Positions 1-7,302 of a stretch of DNA of 10,593 nucleotides are shown one piece after another. A program made the position numbers and the translations under genes. The DNA is from Pseudobacteriovorax sp. Lineage in GTDB: Bacteria; Bdellovibrionota_B; Oligoflexia; Oligoflexales; Oligoflexaceae. Under the pieces are notes generated by a model. The model saw only the letters and a program-made list of their open reading frames with translations. It made no database searches and was not told where the DNA came from. Position 1 is the stretch's first letter. Every line of letters begins with the position of its first letter. Location: positions 1 through 10,593 of the forward strand of contig JBNKNM010000198.1 in NCBI GenBank assembly GCA_050293845.1, written 5' to 3'.

Positions 1-134
1 AACAAGTTGATGTAATCCACAAACATTTTTGATTTCTCAAGATTATTTTCAACTAAAATTGGTTTAAAAAACATGAAAAAGATAGAGAATAGAAAAAACC
101 CAAGAAGCAATACAATAAAAGAAATAAATAAATA
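1..134 (-). other. Start-less open frame running off the window edge, probably a fragment of a membrane-protein gene
   Basis: The frame from 134 reads YLFISFIVLLLGFFLFSIFFMFFKPILVENNLEKSKMFVDYINL with no stop: a TM helix plus a soluble segment. An in-frame TGA (135-137) lies immediately before it. Confidence 0.4.
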
Positions 135-784
135 TCAAACTGATTATCACCATGGTTGGTCATGATGATGTCAGCTGTAGAATGTGAAAAACCAGCTCTA
201 TAGCCATCCCCATACCCCTTGCTACCAATATTGTTAATAACTTTTACGCGAGAATCTTGCTCTGCTATTTCGTTTAATATCTTTAAAGTGTCATCTGTAG
301 ACCCATTGTTGACATATATATAATTTTTGATATTTAGTAGTCTTGCAGATTTTAAAATATTTTTATGGCTTAAAAAAACTCCTGCACTCTCATTAAAAAA
401 TGAAACTACGATATCGACTGTTTTGTCTGAGAAGTAGGATAAGAACCTAAATGAAAACTCTTCGGGATGAAGAGCCCGGTCGTCAACATAATATCCTACC
501 TTGCCAGACCAAGGCTTTCCAAATTTTACATCATCAAAAGGAACTTTGTTTTTTTTAAGCCATTTAATAGCCTTTGGTTTTGTATACTCATGGATTTTAT
601 CTATGTCACCATTATATGTTTTCATATTTCTAGCAGTATGGATAACAATTTGATATTTGTTCAGCTTCGCTATTTTTAGGGCTTCTACAATATTCCAATT
701 AACTTCTTTATCGCTATAATCTAGAGATGGATTATCAATTGTTATTGTTCCATCTAAATCGACGATGATTTTGTTTGTTTCCAT
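53..784 (-). CDS. BcbF/EcbF-like HAD phosphatase (capsule biosynthesis) fused to a GT2 glycosyltransferase domain, which appears C-terminally truncated
   Basis: HAD motifs IIVDLDGTI, IHTARNM, FGKPW and YYVDDRA. GT2 motifs DIVVSFFNE, YVNNGSTDDT, GYGDGYRAG and the DxD-region HGDNQFD. Start moved to the ATG at 784 (METNKIIVDLDG) because it directly precedes HAD motif I. GT2 similarity stops abruptly after NQFD. Confidence 0.8.
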   Translation of the reverse strand: METNKIIVDLDGTITIDNPSLDYSDKEVNWNIVEALKIAKLNKYQIVIHTARNMKTYNGDIDKIHEYTKPKAIKWLKKNKVPFDDVKFGKPWSGKVGYYVDDRALHPEEFSFRFLSYFSDKTVDIVVSFFNESAGVFLSHKNILKSARLLNIKNYIYVNNGSTDDTLKILNEIAEQDSRVKVINNIGSKGYGDGYRAGFSHSTADIIMTNHGDNQFDIYLFLLLYCFLGFFYSLSFSCFLNQF

Positions 785-1728
785 AGAGATATTCCCAGCT
801 TTTTTAATATAAAGAACAATGATATAGATGAAATCGCAAAGTAGGCCCAAAAGAATATCACATGTCCATATTCAAAAGGGCTACTAAGCTCTATTTCCTT
901 TAAGCGACTTGAAGCCGTTTCCAAAGGGAGTGTCATATTGTCAGAATCAGTGAGAATAAATGAAAGGAATGTTGAAAAGCTTAAGTATATAATAGAAGAC
1001 AGATTTGCACTTTCATAAAAAAGCACACCAAAAACAACTATTTCAGATACCCAGATTAGAGTCGTTAGAAAGATTAAAAGAGGTAATCTTTTCTTATATG
1101 TATAAGAAACAAAGCCTAAAGCATTAGACAACTTCTTAGATAACTTTAGTGCGAATATTGCTTCAGGAGTAGTATAGGCTTTCACTATATAGATGCTTAA
1201 GACATGGAGCACTTGCGGTAGAATAAAGAAAATTAAATAAAATGAGAAGAAAAATGTTAGGGCGATTTGAATAATTAAATTTTGTTGAGGAGAAGAAATG
1301 CCCGTTGAAATTGTCAACATTAATAAGAAAAAAAAGAGCCAAAAAAAATCAAATGTACGTTCGATAAAAATTGTTGATGATGTTTTATATATGTTCTTAT
1401 TGAGCTGATTAAATCCTATAATTCGTAAAAGCTCACCAATCCTAAAAGGAATTAATAAATTAACTATATTCGCTGAAAATTGGACGTAGATTAAGTATCT
1501 CAATCTTATCTTTTTATCGTCCAAAAGAAGCAAAAGTCGGATGCATCTAAAAATGTGGGATATTATGTAAAAAAAACCTGCTACCAATAAGCTAATTAAG
1601 AATTTACTGGCTAAACTTTCTACATTTGTCAGTAGATATCTGAGATGATACAAAGCAGCAATAGTGGAAATAGCAAGAACTAACGTTAGAAGTAGGGAAA
1701 GTATTTTTCTTGATTTCATAATACTCAC
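754..1728 (-). CDS. Lysylphosphatidylglycerol synthase TM / UPF0104 flippase-like membrane protein
   Basis: Multiple TM segments with family motifs FRCIRLLLLL, NLLIPFRIGELLR and IFIERTFD. ATGA overlap with the upstream gene's stop at 1725-1728. Confidence 0.8.
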   Translation of the reverse strand: MSIMKSRKILSLLLTLVLAISTIAALYHLRYLLTNVESLASKFLISLLVAGFFYIISHIFRCIRLLLLLDDKKIRLRYLIYVQFSANIVNLLIPFRIGELLRIIGFNQLNKNIYKTSSTIFIERTFDFFWLFFFLLMLTISTGISSPQQNLIIQIALTFFFSFYLIFFILPQVLHVLSIYIVKAYTTPEAIFALKLSKKLSNALGFVSYTYKKRLPLLIFLTTLIWVSEIVVFGVLFYESANLSSIIYLSFSTFLSFILTDSDNMTLPLETASSRLKEIELSSPFEYGHVIFFWAYFAISSISLFFILKKLGISLWKQTKSSSI

Positions 1729-2504
1729 TCCACAGATTGCTTAGTATAAGCCATGTATTCCTCTGGAGTTCCCAAGATAATTGTATTTTCGACAAGTCTA
1801 CTATTATTTGAGTTATATTCTACAATCTTCTCACCAAATTCTAACATTACTTTATAGACATCACTAATGTAAATTTCAGATTTCGATGCCACATCTAACA
1901 TGGAATAATAATGCAGATATTTTTCATAATCACTGAAACAATATAGACCAGAAGTTGCTTTGTCCGAAATTACCTGTTTTTCAGCAATTTTCTCTACAAA
2001 TCCCTCCCTATCAGTTTTAATGTAACTGTATTGCGGGCTATCCGCTCTGAAGATGTCTATAACCCCTTCTGCTGTATCCAGCAAATTATTTATTTCAATA
2101 ATATTTCTTTGAAGTAAAATGGTATCAATATTATGAAACATTACTTTGCGATCGTCGTCTTGGAGTGATTCAGGATCACATGGCTTCGTAGAATTTTTGA
2201 TGTATTCAATAGCTATTTTGGCTGTCTCAGCTTGTCCTTGTGTATCTCCAATAAATAATATTTTATATTTAACCGATGGGAAAAGCTTTTGGACAATTTT
2301 TTCTATTTCCAAATGGAATTCTATCTCTCTTTGATTCACAACCAAACTTATTGTATCAAAGCATTCTTGGTAAGGTGAGAAATGGTAGAATATCGATTCC
2401 AATATGTTAAAACCTTTGTTTACTTTTAAAAGGTATTTTGGGGTAGTGTAGCCAGCCTTACGAAAACGTTGATATAATCCTGCCATACAAAAAACTAGAT
2501 GCAC
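1725..2504 (-). CDS. BcbE-like sugar nucleotidyltransferase/GT-A fold protein (capsular polysaccharide biosynthesis)
   Basis: Motifs VFCMAGLYQRF..AGY..PKYLL, TQGQAETA, HNIDT, AEKQVISDKATSGLYCF, EIYISDVY and LGTPEEY. The GTG at 2504 lies 9 nt downstream of a GGAGA RBS, whereas the TTG at 2513 abuts the RBS. Confidence 0.85.
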   Translation of the reverse strand: MHLVFCMAGLYQRFRKAGYTTPKYLLKVNKGFNILESIFYHFSPYQECFDTISLVVNQREIEFHLEIEKIVQKLFPSVKYKILFIGDTQGQAETAKIAIEYIKNSTKPCDPESLQDDDRKVMFHNIDTILLQRNIIEINNLLDTAEGVIDIFRADSPQYSYIKTDREGFVEKIAEKQVISDKATSGLYCFSDYEKYLHYYSMLDVASKSEIYISDVYKVMLEFGEKIVEYNSNNSRLVENTIILGTPEEYMAYTKQSVE

Positions 2505-3007
2505 GTCTAACAATCTCCAGCGCTATAATGTCGTATGCCAGATCTAATGGCAATGATTAAACTGAATATAACAATGTGCTATATACTATAACTTTTCAAA
2601 TTGATTTAAAACACAGTCTTGACGCAATATAGCTTCTCATTACGCTGTAGCACATATCTGCTTTTAAATTGGCAATGAATATCATATATGCCAAATATAT
2701 CTAGGTATTTATAGTATAGAAGTAGAACTAATTTGAATAGCTCGTTCAAAACCCCATCATACGTGCGACTAAAGTAGCTATTCGTCCCGAAACATAGCCC
2801 ATTAAGTCTCTCGTAGGCCAGTTTTTGAAACACATTGGACCTGTTTTTTCTTGAACAAAATTCTCGCGCAATCTCGGTTCTTTTGGGCTGAGTCAAGATA
2901 GTATATGTGAATCCATGACAGCGGACTTCGATAGATTGGCATACTTTAGCTTCCCATAGCATAGGAAAAAATAGCTTGGTTCAACTAGAGATTTTTATTC
3001 GAGGTCA

Positions 3008-3601
3008 TCAATAAAACTCGAAAATAACTGGCCAGTCTTTAACTTCCTCGATGCCATGTAATCTAACAATAGACTTAAAATCGTTGATATATAAGCCTCT
3101 TGTTTGAAACGAAAGTACTTCCATGGGATTAATTAGTTTTTTATTGTAGGTCATTTGTAAGTGTAGATGGGGACCTGTAGAACTTCCGGTGCTACCCACA
3201 GTGCCGATAGTGTCACCAACACTTACTTTTTGCCCCCAGTGCACGTAGATCTTTTGTAAGTGGCCATAGGTTGTATTGAGTGCGAACCCATGTTCGATGA
3301 CAACTGTGTTGCCAAAGCCACGTGCTGGCCCTGCCCAGTTAATCCAACCGTTACTAACAGCTTTGACCTCTGTTCCTTTCTCAGCCGCGATATCAATTCC
3401 GTAATGAAAACCGCCCTTCCTGGGACCATAGGGAGATGAAATGCTCCCTTCTGTAGGCCAAGAAACTAGAATAATTGGCTTTTTTGAAAGATAACCAGAT
3501 ACAGAGCTAGATTTTGCATGAGTTTTAGCGGTTTGCGATACATTTACCATGATGAGGCTAGTGACAAGAGCTATAAACAACATTGCATAAACGAATTTCA
3601 T
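3008..3601 (-). CDS. M23 family metallopeptidase (peptidoglycan endopeptidase), exported or membrane-anchored
   Basis: N-terminal hydrophobic signal. WP..G.ISSPYGPR, HYGID (HxxxD), YGHL and STGPHLH (HxH) show intact Zn ligands. GGGAG RBS upstream. Confidence 0.95.
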   Translation of the reverse strand: MKFVYAMLFIALVTSLIMVNVSQTAKTHAKSSSVSGYLSKKPIILVSWPTEGSISSPYGPRKGGFHYGIDIAAEKGTEVKAVSNGWINWAGPARGFGNTVVIEHGFALNTTYGHLQKIYVHWGQKVSVGDTIGTVGSTGSSTGPHLHLQMTYNKKLINPMEVLSFQTRGLYINDFKSIVRLHGIEEVKDWPVIFEFY

Positions 3602-3634
3602 ACCTGTCTCCCTGATAATCTCTCCTCAGGAAAT

Positions 3635-3650
3635 TGCAAAAATTACGCCA
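3635..3650 (-). promoter_or_regulatory. Sigma-54 (-24/-12) promoter for the M23 peptidase
   Basis: The minus strand reads TGGCGTAATTTTTGCA, with exact GG-N10-GC spacing and TGGC...TTGCA consensus ends, about 34 nt upstream of the ATG. Confidence 0.7.
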
Positions 3651-3745
3651 TCACAATTTAATGATTGATGTTAACTCTAGTTTCGCGATCTACGATGAAT
3701 AGGAATGTCGAGGATAGAAATAGAATGCTACTTAAAATTTTATAC

Positions 3746-3937
3746 TCATTTCTTGAAGGAATCATTTTTCAAAAAGCAAGATTTGGTGCCGTACTTTTCA
3801 CATTCATTTCTTGAATAGTAGCATGATTCCTTGTCAGATTTCTCATCTTTACTACACCAAAAACTTACTTGATTGAAGGATGTTTGACAGCTAAGTAATA
3901 AATACATCAAAATAACTACAGCTGTTATTGGATTCAT
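3746..3937 (-). CDS. Small Cys-rich lipoprotein (63 aa)
   Basis: Signal peptide with lipobox LLSC, four further Cys in the mature part, and an AGAGG RBS upstream. Confidence 0.65.
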   Translation of the reverse strand: MNPITAVVILMYLLLSCQTSFNQVSFWCSKDEKSDKESCYYSRNECEKYGTKSCFLKNDSFKK

Positions 3938-3971
3938 ATATTATGCCTCTTTAATCGTATCTTTCGGAGTC

Positions 3972-3991
3972 CAGCATATCTAGGTATGCTG
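3972..3991. promoter_or_regulatory. 20-bp near-perfect palindrome, putative operator
   Basis: CAGCATATCTAGGTATGCTG has one mismatched pair and lies in the spacer between divergent genes. Confidence 0.45.
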
Positions 3992-4133
3992 CAATTTAAT
4001 GCGGCTGTCCAGCTTGATGCAGTCCTTGTTATCCTTTTAATACATAAGTTAATTTACATATTAATCCAATCCGAAATAAAATAAAAGCCAGAGTTAAAGA
4101 TATCTAGGTAGTTGTCTACTAAGGGAGGATCGT

Positions 4134-4550
4134 TTGAGTAAAGTTATCCGTTTCAAAGACAAAGATGTTGCCGCTGTATTTGAGAGCTACCCTCCCAAGT
4201 ACCGCAATCAATTACTAGAGCTAAGAGATCTTATTTTTAAGGCAGCAAATGAGATTGCGGAAATAGATGAAATCATTGAAACCCTAAAATGGGGAGAACC
4301 AAGCTATTTACCAAAAAAGAAAAAAGTTGGAACGACAATACGAATTCATTGGCTGAAGTCTAAACCCGATCAAATTGGAATCTACTTTAATTGCCAAACA
4401 AACATGATCACAAAAATTAAGAGAAGGTATGGAAGTATGTTTAGATATGAAGGAAAACGCGGCCTTATTTTTTTAGACAATGAGGTCATTCCTCTTGAAG
4501 AAGTTGAGAGCTGTATTACTATGGCTTTAACTTATTATCTTTCAAAATAA
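4134..4550 (+). CDS. DUF1801 (YdhG-like) domain protein
   Basis: Typical pattern LLELRDLIF..A, ETLKWGEPSY, GTTIRI, IYFNCQT, F.YEGKR and ALTYY. TTG start with a strong AAGGGAGG RBS at 4121-4128. Confidence 0.9.
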   Translation: MSKVIRFKDKDVAAVFESYPPKYRNQLLELRDLIFKAANEIAEIDEIIETLKWGEPSYLPKKKKVGTTIRIHWLKSKPDQIGIYFNCQTNMITKIKRRYGSMFRYEGKRGLIFLDNEVIPLEEVESCITMALTYYLSK

Positions 4551-4948
4551 GGTAATTACAAGCAACCGTACAACTTGTAACCATCCTCGGTTTATTCATT
4601 AAGATCACTGATATTCTTAAGCTACCTAAGCGTCATGTTGTTTAAATACTGGGTGACTATCTGTATTTACTTCAACATGTCTTTATAGAGAATTTTTGGT
4701 TTGGAATTGCTTGAAGGAAGAAAAAATTTACATCCCTTGAAGGCCGGTGAGTTCATAGGTTTATTTAAAAAAACTGAGGATTAAGGTCATAATTTCTTGA
4801 TTTACTCCGAGAATTACACAGAATGATAAGAGATCGATCGGGTTACAAATAAGAAAATATACATAGAGTTTCGCAGATATCGTAGCTATGCTTGGAAGTT
4901 CAATATCAAACTAAAGGTTTGCTGGACATATATATAGAGGAGCTAAGG

Positions 4949-5524
4949 ATGGGAAAATTTTTTGTTAGTTCATTTATAGGTTTAATTTTAATGTGTTTCG
5001 GTCCATTTCAGCTTTGGGCAGCACAGTATTCCTTTGTGTACGACAAAAAAATAGAGATACCTCCTTTTGGACCAGCTGATGCTGGGATTATATATATCGA
5101 AGGTATTGCTGGTAATGTTACTAGTATCACACTAAAACTATTTGGTTACTCACATCGTTTTACCTACGAAACTATGATCGCCATCAGCAATCCTTATGGC
5201 GATACGACTTTGATTTGGTCAGGCATTACCTGTAATATCCCTTATGACGCACCTATAGACCTAGTTTTTACTGACGCGAGTCAGGAGGAATTTGGTAGAA
5301 AAAATTGCTCATCTGGGACTTATACTCCTGGACTTGAATGGGCGCAGCGATCATTTACAATCCCCTTTGCACCAACTCCGCCATTCAATTCCAGCCTAAA
5401 CAAGCTCGTTGAAGCAGAAGATCTCAATGGACGGTGGATACTTTGGGCGGAAGACTTTACCCAAGGTGATGGTGGCTACATTGAGAGGTTCGAACTAGTA
5501 TTTGAAACATCACCGGAAGCCTGA
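4949..5524 (+). CDS. Secreted protein consisting of a proprotein-convertase P-domain-like beta-sandwich
   Basis: ATG at 4949 follows GAGGAG; signal peptide MGKFF...LWA. P-domain pattern VTSITLKL..YSH.F.....I.NPYG and NGRWILWAEDFTQGDGGYIERFELVF. Confidence 0.75.
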   Translation: MGKFFVSSFIGLILMCFGPFQLWAAQYSFVYDKKIEIPPFGPADAGIIYIEGIAGNVTSITLKLFGYSHRFTYETMIAISNPYGDTTLIWSGITCNIPYDAPIDLVFTDASQEEFGRKNCSSGTYTPGLEWAQRSFTIPFAPTPPFNSSLNKLVEAEDLNGRWILWAEDFTQGDGGYIERFELVFETSPEA

Positions 5525-5653
5525 ATTCAACTTCAGACTGGGTCTACACAATAGTCACAACGCCGTAAAACCTGCTGCCTAAGGAGCTAGTTGCCTAGTC
5601 CTAAACGTCTTCCGATGCGGGCGGGAACGCTGCGGCTGACTTGCTACAGGAAT

Positions 5654-5687
5654 CCCCCACTAAAAAGAGTTAGCAGTTTAGTGGGGG
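5654..5687. terminator. Stem-loop, probable terminator between convergent genes
   Basis: Perfect 11-bp inverted repeat CCCCCACTAAA (5654-5664) / TTTAGTGGGGG (5677-5687), 7 nt past the stop of the LRR gene. The U-tract is weak. Confidence 0.65.
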
Positions 5688-5694
5688 GAAACCG

Positions 5695-6873
5695 TCAATT
5701 ACCGCAAGCAAGAACCCGCTTTTCTTCAAGCTGATGGGGGTAACGAAAGCCCCACTTTTCTTTAAGACAGCTTTCAGAACCCACAAGGAACTTTAATACT
5801 CTAGTCGTTGATACCTGGAAATCCTGTAGGAAGACCCTTAATGGAGTGGGGTCAATTATATTACCTTTAATACGTAGAAGCTTAAAATTCTTAGCATTAA
5901 AAATACTCGTCAAACCACTGAGGTCGAGGAGAGTATTTTCATCGCCTTGAAACTCCAAATTCAACTCTTCTAGTTGCTTGAGACCAATTTTATTGGTTCG
6001 TCTTAAGGGGGGTACGAGCTCAATTAAGTTATAGGCTAGATCCAAAAACCTCAAGCTAACAAGGTTGCGTAGATTTTTGATATTGACGACTTTATTCTGA
6101 CGAAGGTTTAATGCTCTCAATCCTGGCAATCCAGCGATAGGATCAGGATTCACTATATTAAAATTCTCATTATTGGCAGGATCGGGAGCTAAGGAAAAAA
6201 CTATTTTAGTTTTAAACAGCATATAAGCATCCTCACAATTTTCTTGTGGGGGCCGGTGGTCTTGAGGATAAGGAAGTCGTACACGAATGGCTGCTACAGT
6301 ATTCTGTATGTCCTGTAACCAAGACTCGAAGAACAGCTCATTGGGAAAAAGTTCTTTAAGGTTAATAGCTTCAACATAATCCTCAGCAATGACACAGTAA
6401 TTGTAAAAAGTCCAATATTCTTCGAATTCGTCTGGTGTCGGAACCGGATCTTCTGGAGCAGAGGGGGCTTCACCCTCGCCGTCTCCTTCACCTTCGCCGT
6501 CTCCTTCACCTTCGCCATCTCCTTCTCCTTCTCCTTCTCCTTCTCCTTCTCCTTCGCCATCTCCTTCACCTTCGCCGTCTCCTTCACCTTCAGAAGGTTG
6601 GGGTTCTTGGGGTTGGGGAAAGGCTTCATCGAATTCGTCACCAGCATTGGGAGCTGTGATGGGGCTAGCAATGTCGCCATCTGGAGTTCCTCCCCCATCA
6701 TAGGGATTACCAATGCCAGCATTGGCATTGCTACTGTCAACGGGAGGAGTAGCAGAAAATCCAGGATCTTCCTCTTCGATCATTTCTTCAGTTTTATTGC
6801 ATGCAATGGATAGAGTAAAAAGCACAGCCAGTAGTGTTACAAATATTGTCCGTGGGGTGCGGGATATTAGCAT
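5695..6873 (-). CDS. Lipoprotein with an acidic Pro/Gly/Glu linker and a C-terminal leucine-rich-repeat domain
   Basis: AGGAGG RBS, lipobox SIAC and a (GE/GD)n tract. LRR units LRALNLRQNKVVNIKNL, LRFLDLAYNLIE, LEELNLEF and FKLLRIKGNII, preceded by a Cys-containing cap (FYNYC...CEDAY). Confidence 0.85.
   Translation of the reverse strand: MLISRTPRTIFVTLLAVLFTLSIACNKTEEMIEEEDPGFSATPPVDSSNANAGIGNPYDGGGTPDGDIASPITAPNAGDEFDEAFPQPQEPQPSEGEGDGEGEGDGEGEGEGEGEGEGDGEGEGDGEGEGDGEGEAPSAPEDPVPTPDEFEEYWTFYNYCVIAEDYVEAINLKELFPNELFFESWLQDIQNTVAAIRVRLPYPQDHRPPQENCEDAYMLFKTKIVFSLAPDPANNENFNIVNPDPIAGLPGLRALNLRQNKVVNIKNLRNLVSLRFLDLAYNLIELVPPLRRTNKIGLKQLEELNLEFQGDENTLLDLSGLTSIFNAKNFKLLRIKGNIIDPTPLRVFLQDFQVSTTRVLKFLVGSESCLKEKWGFRYPHQLEEKRVLACGN
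6468..6592 (-). repeat. Coding tandem repeat of 6-bp and 18-bp units encoding EGEGDG/EG
   Basis: On the + strand, (ccttct)n is flanked by ccttcgccRtctccttca units. All units are multiples of 3 and preserve the frame. Confidence 0.9.
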
Positions 6874-6991
6874 TCATACCTCCTTGTATCCCTCAAAGCG
6901 GGCTAGAAAGCCATAAAAGGGGCTATTTCGAACTTTCAAAAAGAAGAATTCTTGGCTAAATATTGTCATAGTAAAGCTTTAAAAGCTATCA

Positions 6992-7270
6992 TTACCTCAT
7001 AACGCAAAAAGCATGCGTATTGCCATTACGCTGCATAAATCCAGCTAGTTTCCAGCCTTTCCTGCCGTATCTATCTAATACTTGTTCCATTTCTTGATGA
7101 GAATAGTCAAATGTTGGCTCGCAAACGTATTCATATTCCAAAAAGTTTAACAGCTGTTTTCCTGGAATTACAGATCCATCTGCAGTTGCCTCATCCTTTT
7201 CTACTGTGATGCATGACTGTAGAAGAGTCATAAAGAGTATGAAATATATTATCTTCCTGGATCGGTTCAT
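6992..7270 (-). CDS. Small lipoprotein with a DUF4177-like domain
   Basis: GGAGA RBS, lipobox LQSC, and the DUF4177-like pattern EYEYV...EQVLDRYGRKGWKLAG...F. Confidence 0.7.
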   Translation of the reverse strand: MNRSRKIIYFILFMTLLQSCITVEKDEATADGSVIPGKQLLNFLEYEYVCEPTFDYSHQEMEQVLDRYGRKGWKLAGFMQRNGNTHAFCVMR

Positions 7271-7302
7271 GATTATATCTCCAAAATGCCCTGTTTTAAG
7301 GC

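Noticed and set aside
785..850. N-terminal extension of the HAD-GT2 ORF (likewise the extension at 4892-4948)
   Set aside because: Better starts exist: 784 is adjacent to HAD motif I, and 4949 has an RBS and a signal peptide.
2937..2950. Second sigma-54 promoter TGGCATACTTTAGC
   Set aside because: The spacing is GG-N9-GC rather than the required N10, and no plus-strand gene follows.
2606..2962. 118-aa minus-strand ORF
   Set aside because: It has no RBS and no recognisable motif, and it overlaps several regulatory-looking repeats. Probably spurious, though not excluded.
467..3429. Short ORFs 467-679, 1604-1795, 2146-2334 and 3223-3429
   Set aside because: They lie within well-supported genes, antisense or out of frame, with no independent signals.
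4556..4580. TTACAAG/CTTGTAA inverted repeat after the DUF1801 gene as a terminator
   Set aside because: The stem is AT-rich and only 7 bp, with an 11-nt loop and no adjacent U-tract; too weak to call.
5561..5650. Hammerhead or HDV-like ribozyme
   Set aside because: There is no CUGANGA/GAAA core, and I could not build the HDV nested pseudoknot on either strand.
6468..6592. Possible CRISPR array or phase-variation switch
   Set aside because: There are no unique spacers, and the units are multiples of 3 inside a CDS, so they cannot switch frame.
6294..6916. Overlapping ORFs 6294-6740, 6435-6659, 6598-6813 and 6713-6916 (KE-rich, poly-Leu etc.)
   Set aside because: These are alternative-frame or antisense shadows of the stop-free EG repeat and GC-rich linker of the LRR gene.
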